Shown: positions 1 through 13,418 of the stretch, in pieces
How the letters are laid out: the number at the start of each line of letters is the position of its first letter
Position numbering within the stretch: position 1 is the first letter of the stretch
Assembly: GCF_009914755.1 (NCBI RefSeq)
Contig: NC_060939.1
Reading direction: 5' to 3' (one strand)
Length of the DNA: 64,000 bases
From: the human T2T-CHM13v2.0 reference genome, Homo sapiens
Translations under genes and position numbers: made by a program
Notes under the pieces: model-generated
Databases searched by the model: none
What the model was told of the DNA's origin: nothing
The model's input: only the letters and a program-made list of their open reading frames with translations

Positions 1-22
1 ACTGTCAACCTTTCCTCATTCA

Positions 23-565
<543 letters not shown>

Positions 566-2735
566 TGTGATACTGCAAAATATGTATTTGGCCCTTGACC
601 CCACTTCCTGACAATTTCTAAAATCCTTACACTTTCCAAAGTGATGTCTTTTTTTTAATCTTAATGATCGACCAATAACTGGAAGCCTTTAGGTAGCTTC
701 AGGATGGGGGCAGGACACCTGAAAGATCAAGACATGATTAGAGGGTTGGGACTTTCAGTTCCACCTCCCAACCTATGGGGAGGGCAGAGGAGCTGAAGGT
801 TGAGTCGCTCACCAATGGCCAATGATTTCATCACCCATGCGTACATAATAGAGCTTCCGTGAGAACCCAAGAGGACTGGGTTCAGAAACCTTCTGGACAG
901 CTGAACACGAAAAGGTTCCCAGAGGGTGGTGCGCCCAAGAAGAAATGTAAGCTCTACGGCCCTTCCCCTGTACCTTGTCCTATGCATCTCTTCATCTGTA
1001 TCCTTTGTACCATTGTGTCCGGAATTGGTGTGTTCTTGGTCTCACTGACTTCAAGAATGAAGCTGCGGACCCTTGCCATGACTGTTACGGTTCTTAAAGG
1101 TGGCGTGTCCGGAGTTTGTTCCCTCTGATGTTCGGATGTGTTCGGAGTTTCTCCCTTCTGGTGGGCTGGTGGTCTCGCTGGCTTCAGTGAAGCTGCATAC
1201 CTTCGCGGTTGAGTGTTACAGCTCTTAAGGCAGCACGTCTGGAGTTGTTCGATCCTCCGGTGGGTTCGTAGTCTCACTGGCTCAGGAGTGAAGCTGCAGA
1301 CCTTCCTGGTGAGTGTTACAGCTCGTAAAGACAATGTGGGCCCAAAGGAGTGACCAGCAGCAAGATTTATTGCAGAGTTAAAGAACAAAGCTTCCACCAT
1401 GCGGAAGAGGACCTGAGCGGGTTACCACTGCTGGCTCCGGCAGCCTGCTTTTATTCTCTTACCTGGCCCCACCCGCATCCTGCTCATTGGTCCATTTTAC
1501 AGAGAGCTGATTGGTCTGTTTTACAGAGAGCTGATTGGTCTGTTTTGACAGGGTGCTGATTGGTGCATTCACAATCCCTGAGCTAGACACAAAAGTTCTC
1601 CACCTCCCCACTAGATTAGCTAGATACAGAGTGTCCATTGGTGTATTTACAAACCCTGAGCGGGACACAGAGTGCTGATTGGTGCATTTACAAACCTTGA
1701 GCTAGATACAGAGTGCCAATTGGTGCATTCACAATCCCTTAGCCAGACATAAAGATTCTCCAAGACCCCACCAGACTCAGGAGCCCAGCTGGCTTCACCC
1801 AGTGGATCCTGCACCGGGGCCGCAGGTGGAGCTGCCTGCCAGTCCCACGCCGTGTGACTCCTCAGCCCTTGGGCGGTCGATGGGACCGGGCGCCCTGGAG
1901 TAGGGGGCGGCGCTTGTCGGGGAGGCTCGGGCAGCTCAGAAGCCCGGGGCGGTGCGAAACTCAGGCATGGCGGGCTGCAGGTCCCGAGCCCTGCCCTGCA
2001 AGGAGGCAGCTAAGCCCCGGGGACAAATCCAGCGCAGCACCAGTGGGCCAGCACTGCTGGGAGACCCGGCGCACCCTCCGCAGCTGCTTGCCTGAGTGCT
2101 AAGCCCCTCACTGCCCGCGGCAGGGCCGGCAGGCCACTCGGAGTGCGGGGCCCGCCAAGCCCATGCCCACTCGGACCTCTAGCTGGCCCGCAAGCACCGC
2201 GTGCAGCCCTGGTTCCCGTCCGTGCCTCTCCCTCCACACCTCCCCGCAAGCGGAGGGAGCCGGCTCCGGCCTCAGCCAGCCCAGAGAAGGGCTCCCACGG
2301 GTGCAGTGGTGGGCTGAAGGGCTCAAGTGTGGCCAGAATGGGCGCCAAGGCCGAGGAGGCACCGAGAGCGAGCGAGGGCTGCCAGCATGCTGTCACCTCT
2401 CACTATGCTTTCTAGTAAACCAGGAAATGTGTTTCCCTGAGCTCTGTGAGCAACTCCAGCAAAGTAACCAAATCTAAAGAGGCTGGGGGTTGTGAGAACC
2501 CCTACTTGAAGTTGGTCAGTCAGAAGGTCTGGAAGCTCAGACTTGTCACTGGCATCCGAAAGGGGGGCAGTCTTGCAGGACCGAGCCCTCAACTTGTGGT
2601 ATCAAATACTATCGCCAGGTAAACAGTGTCACTATTGAATTGGGGAATACCCAGCTGCTAGTGTCCACTACAGAACTGACTGCTTGGGAAACCGACCCCC
2701 CCAACCCCCCCACCAGATTCGGTCACTATAAGACT
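566..2735 (+). mobile_element. MER21-like LTR split by LTR12 (566-1013 and 2403-2735)
   Basis: tgtgatactgcaaaatatgtatttggcc start and gtgtttccctgagctctgtgagc continuation resemble MER21. Confidence 0.65.
1014..2402 (-). mobile_element. Solo LTR12 (ERV9; LTR12C/E-like)
   Basis: Minus strand starts TGAGAGGTGACAGCATGCTGGCAG and ends CCAATTCCGGACACA. Tandem CCAAT/GATA enhancer repeats, CpG-rich U3, near-TSD ccat/ctat. Confidence 0.93.
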
Positions 2736-2739
2736 ATGT

Positions 2740-3028
2740 GGCCAGGCGCGGTGGCTCATGCCTGTAATCCCAGCATTTGGGGAGGCCGAGGTGGGTGGAT
2801 GACTGGAGGTCAAGAGCTCCAGACCAGCCTGACCAACATGGTGAAACCCCGTTTCTACTAAAATACAAAAAGTAGCCGGGCGTGGTGGCAGGTGCCTGTA
2901 ATCCTGGCTACTCAGGAGGCTGAAGCAGGAGAACTGCTTGAACCCAGGAGGTGGAGAGTTGAGGTCACGCCATTGCACTCCAGCCTGGCAGACAAGAGCG
3001 AAACTCCGTCTCAAAAAAAAAAAAAAAA
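2740..3028 (+). mobile_element. AluS element
   Basis: Dimeric Alu with poly(A). Confidence 0.95.
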
Positions 3029-3329
3029 GACACTATGCTTAGTTAGCCTCTTTCATGCATGTGCTCAGTGTCTCCGTGTGCCAGGCACTGAACTAAGCAT
3101 TGTGTATATAAAAGAAACAGCACACATTTCCAACCTTAAAAGGCTTTCAGGATGTGCATCTTTGAAATGTCTAAGAACTTTTGGCATTTATATTCCAGTA
3201 TTAGCCCTTTAAGCCTGTGTTTTCTTAAAAGACTTTATTGTATTTCATTTGATCATTTTATATATGTTAATGTGAACGACTGGAACTTTAACAAATATTT
3301 AATCTGCTTTCACCTCTTTCTTTTTGGGC

Positions 3330-3714
3330 AATGGAGAATACTTCCTATGGCTTTAAGCCTTGGCCATATGACTTGTTTTGGCTAGTGGAATATAAGCTGA
3401 CGTGATGTAAGGAGGGATTTAAATTTAATTGCATAGTTTGACTTGCCTCCGGTACTCCTGCTATTTCATGTAATTAAAACATATTCTGGGTGGCTACAAC
3501 TCACTCAGCCTGGGTCCCAGAGAAAGATACATGGTGCAGACTTAAACCCTAGCCACAGTCAGCAGTCAAGAACAGCCTGAAAAAGCCCAAACCAGCTCAG
3601 CTGAACCTTAGTTGACCTTTAACACCTATGCTAACAAATGCTTGTTACCGAAAGCTGCTGAATTTTAGCATGGTTTGTTACACAGCATTATTACAGCAAT
3701 AGCTGATGAATACA
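3330..3714 (+). mobile_element. Old MLT1-type MaLR LTR
   Basis: 3' end ggtttgttacacagcattattacagcaatagctgatgaataca is typical of MLT1. Confidence 0.6.
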
Positions 3715-4348
3715 CTTGGTAAGTTTTCAGTCAACAATTTAGAGACTCATAGCATTTTGGATGCTTCCAGCAACTGGGGTGGAGTCTCACCAACTTCTCT
3801 CTCTCTCTATGCATACACACACACACACAGAGAGAAAAAGGTTTAAGGAAAGAGGATAAAATGGGAGACATGAATAGGCTTATATTGTTTAATACTCAAA
3901 AAATTAGTTCAGGACAGATATTGAGTCTTTATGTTCTGGGATGATGATATAAAAGAGGTACAAAAAGTCAGGAAATTCGTGGCTATATCTCTGACTTTTA
4001 CCTGTATTGAAAAGGTATGTATTCAAGGCCTGAGACCATTTGATGGACACCTTACCATGGAGAAAACTGTCATTAAGTCCAATTCTAGCTGCCAATCCTG
4101 GGATAACCTGCCTTCTACCCTGTTCTTTTCTGTTACCCTTGTTTTATGTTCTATCATAATAGAGGTGCTAAGCAGTTTAAAATTCCATGAATATATGGTC
4201 CCTAAAACTTACAATCTCCTTTCTACCTATGTGGTTTTTAAAAATCATAGTCAACAACAGTTAAATAATGGCCACAAAACAAATCTTCTAGAAAAGGCAC
4301 ACACTTAACTAGAATAAAATTTCAGCTACAATTGAAAGTAACCAACTC

Positions 4349-4367
4349 CTGTCACTAGGTGGCAGTC
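4349..4367 (+). promoter_or_regulatory. Candidate CTCF site
   Basis: tgtcactaggtggcag is a close match to the CCASYAGRKGGCRS core. Confidence 0.4.
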
Positions 4368-4374
4368 ACAATAA

Positions 4375-4653
4375 AGTCATCCCTTGGTGGGAGGGATTGG
4401 TTCCAGGACCTGAGGATACTAAAATCCGTGAGTCCTTATATATAAATGGTGTAGCATTTGCGTATAACCTATGCATATCCTACTAAATCACCTCTAGATT
4501 ACTTATAATAAATACCTAATACAACGTCAATGCTATGTAAATACTTATCTTTTTTATTTGTATGATGTTTTGGTATTTTTTTCCCAAATGTTTCCAATCT
4601 GAGGCTAGTTGGATTTGCAAATGCAGAATCCGAGAATACAGATGGTCAATTGT
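4375..4653. mobile_element. MER2-like DNA transposon
   Basis: gggattggttccaggacc ... gtagcatttgcgtataacctatgcatatcc ... ctctagattacttataat. Confidence 0.65.
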
Positions 4654-5265
4654 ACTTCATACTGAAACTCGAAGTTTGCTATCAAGTGCCACAGCAAGAC
4701 TTGAAGGATTGGGTATGGAGGGGAGGCTGGGGAGAGACAAGGATGAGCCAAACTGAAACAACCACTTTTCCTTGATTTGAAAAGTGGACTAGTATGGATA
4801 TGGTAACTAGCTGAGAAATATCAGAACAAATAAGAGGAACTTCCAATCTGATGTTACTAAAAAAGTTAAAAGTGTCCCAACAGACCTCCAGTTGTTAAAG
4901 GTTCACATTTTTTAGCTCCCTCCTAAGCCTATGTAACAATGAAAATTATAACATAAAGCAAGTAAAAGACACAGACAAGTACCAAAGCAGAATTACATAT
5001 TTCAGAAATAGAAATGGGACAAACCAGTAAGTGGCACTTCAGGCCTGAAGCTCTGGCCTGCTGTGCCCCAGTTCCTCTGGCAGGCAGGGCAGGCAGGACA
5101 TCCTGGAGTCAAGTTACTGCAGAGTAACAGGGACTGACAGCACTAACGTGGGGCAGGAAGCCAGGCCCAGACTTGTTGCCTAGAAAAAGGGACTGAGACA
5201 CAGCTGTAGTTCCCAGATGGGAAAGGGAAGTTGGAAGAGGTTGTCAACTGCTGCCTGGGGGTCTT

Positions 5266-5459
5266 GGCTGGGGCACAGTGGCTCCAGCCTGTAATCCCTG
5301 TGTTTTGGGTGGCAGAGGGTGGGAGGATCTCCTGAGGCCAGAAGTTCTAGGTGGAAGTGAGCTATGATCGCACCACTGCACTCCAGCCTGGGTGACAGAG
5401 CAAGACCCTGATCCCCCTCCCCCACCCAAAAAAAAAAAAAAAAAAGAAAAAAAAAAAGA
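5266..5459 (+). mobile_element. Alu monomer (FAM/FRAM-like or internally deleted AluJ)
   Basis: Single Alu arm ending in an A-rich tail. Confidence 0.75.
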
Positions 5460-6049
5460 CCAAACCTCAAATCCATCTATCCCTGTCACCAGCCGACTAA
5501 ATCTGCAACATTCACATACCACCTCAGGCTAGTGAACCCAATACGCTATTATAAGAGCGACTTAGTCTGGGGGTCTTACCTGGTAAGACAACTGCAAAAC
5601 AAATAAGGGTAAAGGGGAAGGGGAGGGGGAAACTTAAAAAAAAAATCATCCTATAGATCACGAGCCTTCAAGCCAAACTTTCAAAACATAAGAAGAAACC
5701 TAAGCATCGAGATAGATAACACAATCAACAATTGAAACATGACATCACCCAATGCAAATTTAAATCTTAAACATATGAAAATATTTTAGTAATGTTTAGA
5801 ATCCTTACCAAAATAAAGGCAAGAATAATAATCATCATAAACAATAATGATAGTAGCAACACACTAAGAGACAAGAAACAATAGTAGGTGATTGTAAAAT
5901 TCTGATATATTAGAAACAAAATACTCAACAGTCATTGAAATAAAAGGTGCAAAAGCTTAATAAACTCAGGTACAGTCAAGGAAGGAGTTTGTGAGTAAAA
6001 GATACTGAATAATTAACTGAAAGTGCAGCATGGTGCAAGAAAGGATAAT

Positions 6050-6590
6050 AGGAAAGAGCAAATACTGAAGAGACCCTGGCATTGACACAGTGATAGAAAA
6101 AAATACCAAAAAATAGAGTACAAAAGGAAGCATATAAATAAAGCCAAGCAACATATGGAAACATAATACGTGATTTGAGGTTGCATTGAAATTTGTGGGG
6201 GAGGGATAGACTATTTTTTTAAAGCCACATTTAAGAAAAATATTCATACTTCAAAACCATTCACAAGAATCACTTTTAGTGATTCAGCTATATTAAAATA
6301 TACCAGAATCGTGTCTGTTGAAAGATGGCAGGAGAAACTGATAAGCCACATAAATGGAGAAGACATTTGCAAAGCATATAACCAATAAAATGTTAGCATC
6401 CAGAATAAAGAAATCCTATAAATAAATAAAAAGGATAGCAACCATTAGAAAAATGAACAAAAGGACAGTAAATTTATGGAAGATAAACTCCAAATGGCTA
6501 ATAAACATATAAACATACAAAAAGACACAATCTCACTTGTCCTCAGGACAGCGCAAATTAAAACTACAGGGAATACTATTTCACACCTAT

Positions 6591-6636
<46 letters not shown>

Positions 6637-8400
6637 AGATGTGGAGTCTCGCTCTGTCGCCCAGGCTGGAGTGCAGTGACGTGATCTCGGCTCACTGCAA
6701 GCTCCGCCTACTGGGTTCATGCCATTCTCCTGCCTCAGCGTCCTGAGTAGCCAGGACTACAGGTGTCCGCCACCACGCCTGGCTAATTTTTTGTATTTTT
6801 AGTAGAGACGGGGTTTCACCGTGTTAGCCAGGATGGTCTCGATTTCCTGACCTCGCAATCCGCCCACCTCGGCCTCCCAAAGTGCTGGGATTACAGGTGT
6901 GAGCCACCACGCCTGGCCCAGATTTAAAAATATTAATTAGTCTGCTAATACTAACTGCTGGTGAGAATGCATTAGAATTCCACACATTGTTGATGGGAGC
7001 ATTAACTGCAACAATCACTTTAGAGAACATTTTGACAATATCTACCAAATGTAAAGGCGCACATAAGTAAAATCAGAAATTCTACTCTAATGTTCATCCT
7101 CTAGTGAAGCATTTACACATTAATACAAATATTAAAAAGAACACTATGGAACCATTGTTTCTAACAGTGAAAAATAGGAATAAACTTAAATTTCCATCAC
7201 CAGCACTATAGACAAGCAATTAAGATGTACATTCACTCAGAGTGATATTATGCAGATATTAACATGAATGAAATAGAGCTATACATACGAATGCAGATAA
7301 ATCTAACAAACATTATTTTGAGAGAAAAAGCTGCCAAAAAATACATAGTGGAAGCCATTTTGTAGACTCATGAAATACATAAAAACCATACTATCCACTG
7401 TTTTGAGACTTTATACATTATTGTTATAAGTATAAAACATGGGATTAATAACAATTTTACCCAAGTGGCTGGGGTAGGGCATATAGAAGGCTTCAAATAT
7501 ATTTGTAATGTTTTATTTCCTAAGTTAAGTAGTGAGTATAATCATGAAGTTGAACACAACTAACATAATACACTTAAAATCTATGAAGCAAAAGAAGCTG
7601 AGAGAAATTCAATAACAAAATTAATCAAAATGATATGAAATATCCCTCTACCAGAAATAGATCAAGCAAATAAAAACATAATGACTGACACAATCAACAA
7701 TCTTGATTATATATACCCCAGAACCAACAAATCAACATGTATCTTTTTCAGGAACATATATTTTCAAAATATATCACTGACATATTTGCAAAAAATTGAT
7801 GATTCACAAAGAAAACCTTTCAAAAATTCTTCAAATACTGTCACACAGGCCATGCAAAAGTAATGCTTTCTATAATGCAATTAAATTAAAATCCACAATA
7901 AAATGATAAGCTAAAAACAATTAAAAGAAACTTTAAAAACCTAAAATTAACAAATCTATTTCAGCAATTTGTGAAACCCAACCAACCAACAAAGCAATTA
8001 TGCGGCGTTTGTTCTAAGAATGTAGGAACTATATATTATCTGAAAATTTATCAGTGGTATCTCACATTAACATACTAATGGAGAAAACCTATTGTATCTC
8101 AAAATCTCAAAATGATACAGAATGACACAGATAAGGCTCCACATCATTCTTTGATTTTAAAAAGAAAAAAATCTTCTTAGCTAAGTTAGAATAGAAGAGA
8201 ATCAGATTCAGAATATCTTTCAAGAACTTTCAACAAACTTTGAAAGTAACGGGAAAACTTCAGGAGGCACGATTTAAAATGCACACCATTACCCACATTT
8301 TCCTACATTAAACTAGAGGCGTGAGATAATGTGCTAAGAAAAGAGATGTAAGAATTGGAAAAGAAGAGATAAAACTGGTAATGTTTACAATGATATGGCT
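6050..8400 (+). mobile_element. Degenerate old L1 (L1M) fragments
   Basis: A-rich sequence with L1 ORF2/3'UTR-like motifs; boundaries approximate. Confidence 0.45.
6595..6918 (-). mobile_element. AluY with long pure poly(A) tail
   Basis: AluY diagnostics (cactgcaagctccgcc, gtgttagccaggatggtctcgat); about 40 T; flanked by cagattt on both sides. Confidence 0.95.
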
Positions 8401-8466
8401 CTCAAAACTTACACTGTGACAGCATCTGAATGGGGTTTAAAAAACCCATGCTATATATTGCTTAGG

Positions 8467-8469
<3 letters not shown>

Positions 8470-8500
<31 letters not shown>
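8470..8500. repeat. (CA)n microsatellite
   Basis: About 15 perfect CA units. Confidence 0.95.
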
Positions 8501-8506
<6 letters not shown>

Positions 8507-8774
8507 GATTGTAAACAGCAACCCACAGAGTTCTGCATGGTGGTAGCCACACATGAATGCTGGGAGAGTTAATCATCTCTGGGGAAAGAGGCAGAGAAAT
8601 TGAATAAAGGGAGGTAACAAAAGGGGCCTCAACACTGGTTTTAAAAATCTAAAGAAAATATGATAAAAAGCTTAAGTATAGATGGTTAATATATAAATAC
8701 TAACTCTACTTTATTCTATTTGTTTGAAATTATTCAGGATCCTTCTTTATAAACATTAGAGGATACGTCCAAAT

Positions 8775-8777
<3 letters not shown>

Positions 8778-8810
<33 letters not shown>
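8778..8810. repeat. (CA)n microsatellite
   Basis: About 16 perfect CA units. Confidence 0.95.
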
Positions 8811-8812
<2 letters not shown>

Positions 8813-10439
8813 CTGTTTATAAGACTAGGTTTAGCCTTATAATCAGTGAGGAAAAAATTGCCTACCTCAAACAGAATGTACACTCAAACAATATATAAAG
8901 TACTTGTAAGAAAAAGCATATTCCTCATATAATACATATATGATTTTATATCATGATTATATAATGCATATATAAGCATTGGTTGACTTGACTGAAAATG
9001 GTAGAAGAATCTCTGTCCTTAGCTTGTGCTTTGACTCAGTAACTGACAGAGCCTTTTATTTAAAGCTGACAAAATGAACCTCAGGAGAGAGAGGTGAAGG
9101 TCAGTCTCTTAAGAGGCAGGTGAAAGTCAGCCAGATTTAACTCGACAGAGAGTGGAATTTTCTAGTAAACCAGGCCAGACAAGTACCCAGGAGGCCAGGC
9201 TACCTGCCCAGGTTTCTAAGGGAGACAGGACACTTGCATTTCCCACGTGGTGGAAAAGTACTCCAAAATATGTAACATATTGCAGCTGTCACTGGGCTTA
9301 CTGCCTCTAAGAATAAGGTCCTATTTTGCATTGCTCCTACCATTCAAAATTTAAGATCTGAATTTGTGTGGAGTGTGGGGGTGCTGTTTTTAAATCTGCA
9401 TCTCTCAATCCTAACACTAAAGACAAGAAAGCCTAACAGACATATTTTTTTTTTAATGCAAAAGTTTGGAATAGAAAACTAAGAAACAGCTTCCTATAGA
9501 AATATGGGAAGAGGTAGGCTCACATCAAGAGTACACAGGCCAGAAAATACGGACAGCACTCTGGTCTTCTAGTCCAGAAGCCTAGCCCATACCTCCACAG
9601 GGTGCCAGGAGATATGAGCTATACCTATTTTCTATTTTAATTTAGAAAATAAAAGTACAGGGTGCTCAGTTAAATGTAAACTTCAGAATAATAACAGATA
9701 ATTTTTTAGTATAAGTGTGTCCCATTCAATATTTGAAATATACTAAGTAATTACTCATTCACTCAGTTCACATCTTGTGTTTTATCTGGCAACTCTAGGA
9801 ACTCTTAAGTATTCTTAGTGAGAACTGTATGCAATGGGCCAGGAATTTAAAGAAATTGGGGACTACATTTGCACACAGGTGGAAACAGAGCCAACTAGAA
9901 TCACGGACAGCCAGAAACACTAGTTTTAGACATTTCAGTTTAACGTGCCCTTTTCAAATCTTCTGGGGTTTTGTTGTTGCTTTATGGTAGTAGTTTTAGC
10001 TTTGCTTTTCCCCCAAGTAATCTGATCTTTCCTGATAACCGACTTTCTCATAACTGATACAGTGAGAAACGATCTAGTGTTCAAAGTGAACGGGATAAAC
10101 AATAAAAGAACAAATGAAATGGAGACAACACACACACACGAATATACATACACAGCACCTGTTGTCCCTTCTTGTAGAGGGTTAGAAATATGACAGACAA
10201 GAGCATATGAAGAAAAGCACACACTGATTCACAGCCAAAATACAGTTGCTGCTCAAAGGTTGTACTAACAGGCTTCTGAAAATCAGTCATCCACATCTCA
10301 CCAGCTGTGATCCCGCTACAGTGTTACTAGCATCAAAATGAGAAAAGATGAACTGGAGAAGCAACCAGCTCACTTGGGCAAGTCAAAACTTCTCCATGAG
10401 CCAGCCTATTTAATCCCTACCCCCATAAAGCGTTTATTC

Positions 10440-10615
10440 CAGTGGCTTTAAACATTGACTACATATTAGAATCACCTGGGGAGGTTTAAAATTTACTTAT
10501 GTCTGGATTCCAGCCCTAGACATAGACTTAATTGGCATGAGATGCGTGTTAGGAGCTGGAATTTTTAAAAGCTTTCCAGGTGACTCTGATAGACATCCAA
10601 AGTCAAGAACTGCAT
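10440..10615. mobile_element. MER5A-like hAT MITE
   Basis: cagtgg...attagaatcacctggggag ... ttccaggtgactctgat...caaagtcaagaactg. Confidence 0.6.
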
Positions 10616-12240
10616 TTGTAAGTTATCCCCAAACAGTGACACCTGGGGAAGGCCAGAAAGTGACACGTGTATATAGATTATAAAAAGTAAGCTCCTACAT
10701 TTGACTCTCACTCCAAGCTCTCTGCTATCCAAGTTGATAAGGCCACAAAAGTGAACTTTGCAGTGAGCCAAGAGCTAATATAAAGGAACTGGGTTCTTCC
10801 TTACCCTACACAAGTTGCCCTGAAATTCTAGCAACTGGAAATAATGCTCAAATGCTGGAAAAAACATATAAAGAACTACAGAGGAAAAAATAAAAATAAA
10901 AATAAATAAATAAATAAAAATTTTTAAAAAGGCAAGATACTTTTGGAAATCCCACTTTACTGGCAAAACTCAAGATAATCTGTGAGATCATTTTTGAAAT
11001 GCACCATCTGGGCAGCATGTGAAGGATATCAGCTCATTTCATAGAAATGTTCGGTTTCATCTGGTAGCAAACCTCAAGGGGCTGCTGGCCACGTGCCCTA
11101 TCCAATCTCTGGGGTAGAACCTGGTCAGAAAACACATTCTTCTTCCCCAGATGCCCCAGTCTGAGGCTCAAGGCAAACTCTTGATTAACTCTAATACAGA
11201 AACAAAATACTTCTTAAGTTTCTTCAAATGCTCCCTCCCTCCTATTGATCCGACGCTAGTCCAAACAACAAGTCATTTTCACTAGTTTGAAAATAATAAA
11301 ATAGAAAACAGATAAATTTGCCACCACAAAAAGAACACAACTTCCTGGTTTCTGTGACAAGTAAGAATGTTTCACCTAAGAAATGACATTGTCAGAAGTA
11401 ATATCTATCTGCAAATTGAAGCTGATTTGAAGAAATACACTTAAATAATACCATAGAAATCAGAATCTTAAGGACAGAGTCTCAGAGGTCACTTAGACTA
11501 ACCCCCTTCCTCAAAATACATAAAGAAACTAAGAAATGAATACCCAAATAAACTGACTCATTCGATTTATAGCATAGAGAATCTCAGCTCCATATGCAGG
11601 TGGAAACACATTTTATGAACACACAAGGAAAAAAAAAATCACATGGCTGTTCAGCAGAGCACAGGTCTCCTGACCTTTCTAATATATTTTCTACCATACT
11701 CTGAAGCCTCTTTATGGCTTTTAAATGAGGTCAAATGCTCAGGGTAAAGGGAGAGAGAGAGAGAACTAGATGTTCTGAGGGAGATGGAAAATACTTGAAA
11801 TAGCAGCTGTTGAGAGTCGCGTGTAGACTAGGAACACACGCTAGGGATGGAGGACCTGTTTGTAACTAGAAACCACAAATCCACACAGTGGCAGAACCTT
11901 GACAGTTGTATTAGTTTTCCTCAATAGCTTTTGTAGTCCAGACAAGGGTAGGAAGAGCCAAACGTTTGGATCTCTCAAGACTAGGGTTTACCACATGGCT
12001 GCTATAGAAGGCAATGGGGTAAAGAAATCAAAGATATCACCGAGAATGCAGCATTAAAGAATCTCAGTGTCTCAGAGAAGGAAGTGAAGACAGCAAGAGC
12101 TGATAGACACAGAGAAAAAGATGTCTGGAGTTAAGCCCCTGAGGAAGAAGGGATCTGTGGTTTGGGAGAACTGTGGGAAAAAGCCAGAATGATAGAAGTT
12201 GGTAGGTAGAAACAGGAATGTTATAATTTATCTTTTCAAA

Positions 12241-12547
<307 letters not shown>

Positions 12548-13190
12548 ACTGTGTTAAGTAAATATAAGAGCCAGAATGTAGATGCAGATAGTATTAGCTG
12601 ACTGAAATGGAAAAGAATCACCACTGGAAGTGAGGAGAGGCCGGAATTTGGAATGGGTTATCCCAGTGTTCATTAAAAGAAAATAGAGACCAGAGACCTG
12701 GTAGGTCAAGAGATGAATGTGACCGGAAAAGTTCATCTTGAAAGTCACATAATGTATTCCTGAATCCCCAAAGAACTGAAAAATCACGTCACTCTATGGA
12801 TCTACGTTCTGACTTACTGAAGTTTTGTGTTAAGAGCTCTCACAATACAAGGATAAGCGGCTTGCAATAAATATGCCTTATTGGTTTAATGGGGACATTA
12901 GGATCTGGTTTCAGTCACAAAACCAAACAAATGATAACACTAAAGTAGAATTTTATATTGCCAAACCATGTTTTAATGTTTACAAATGCCCTATTTCTTC
13001 ATATACAAGAACACCACTGATTCTAAGATGCATCAGTATTTACATACCGAAAAGAAAGTAAAACTGCTGTTAGTTATAATTGTAAAATGCCCATTGTAAA
13101 ACACATCCTAATTTCAGGTGTAGAAAATGTGTATTATACATTAGATAAAATATATAAACTCAAATAATCTATATAAACCTTATGTGGGAG

Positions 13191-13418
13191 TTTTTTTATT
13201 AATATACTTTAAGTTCTGGAACACATGTACAGAATGTGCAGGTTTATTACATAGGTATACACGTGCCATGGTGGTTTGCTGCACCCATGAACCGGTCATC
13301 TACATTGGGTATTTCTCCTAATGCTGTCCCTCCCCTAGCTCCCCACCCCACCCCCCGACAGGCCCTGGTGTGCAATGTTCCCCTCCCTGTGTCCATGTGT
13401 TCTCATTGTTCAACTCCC
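13191..13418 (-). mobile_element. 5'-truncated L1PA 3' end
   Basis: tatactttaagttctgg...gtgccatggtggtttgctgcaccc; imperfect TSD ccttatgtggga/ccctgtgtggga. Confidence 0.85.

Noticed and set aside
1810-2480. CpG-island-like region with many overlapping ORFs
   Set aside because: Explained by the GC-rich U3 of LTR12.
3931-4308. 125-aa ORF outside obvious repeats
   Set aside because: AT-rich, antisense to FMN1, no recognisable domain or splice context; consistent with chance.
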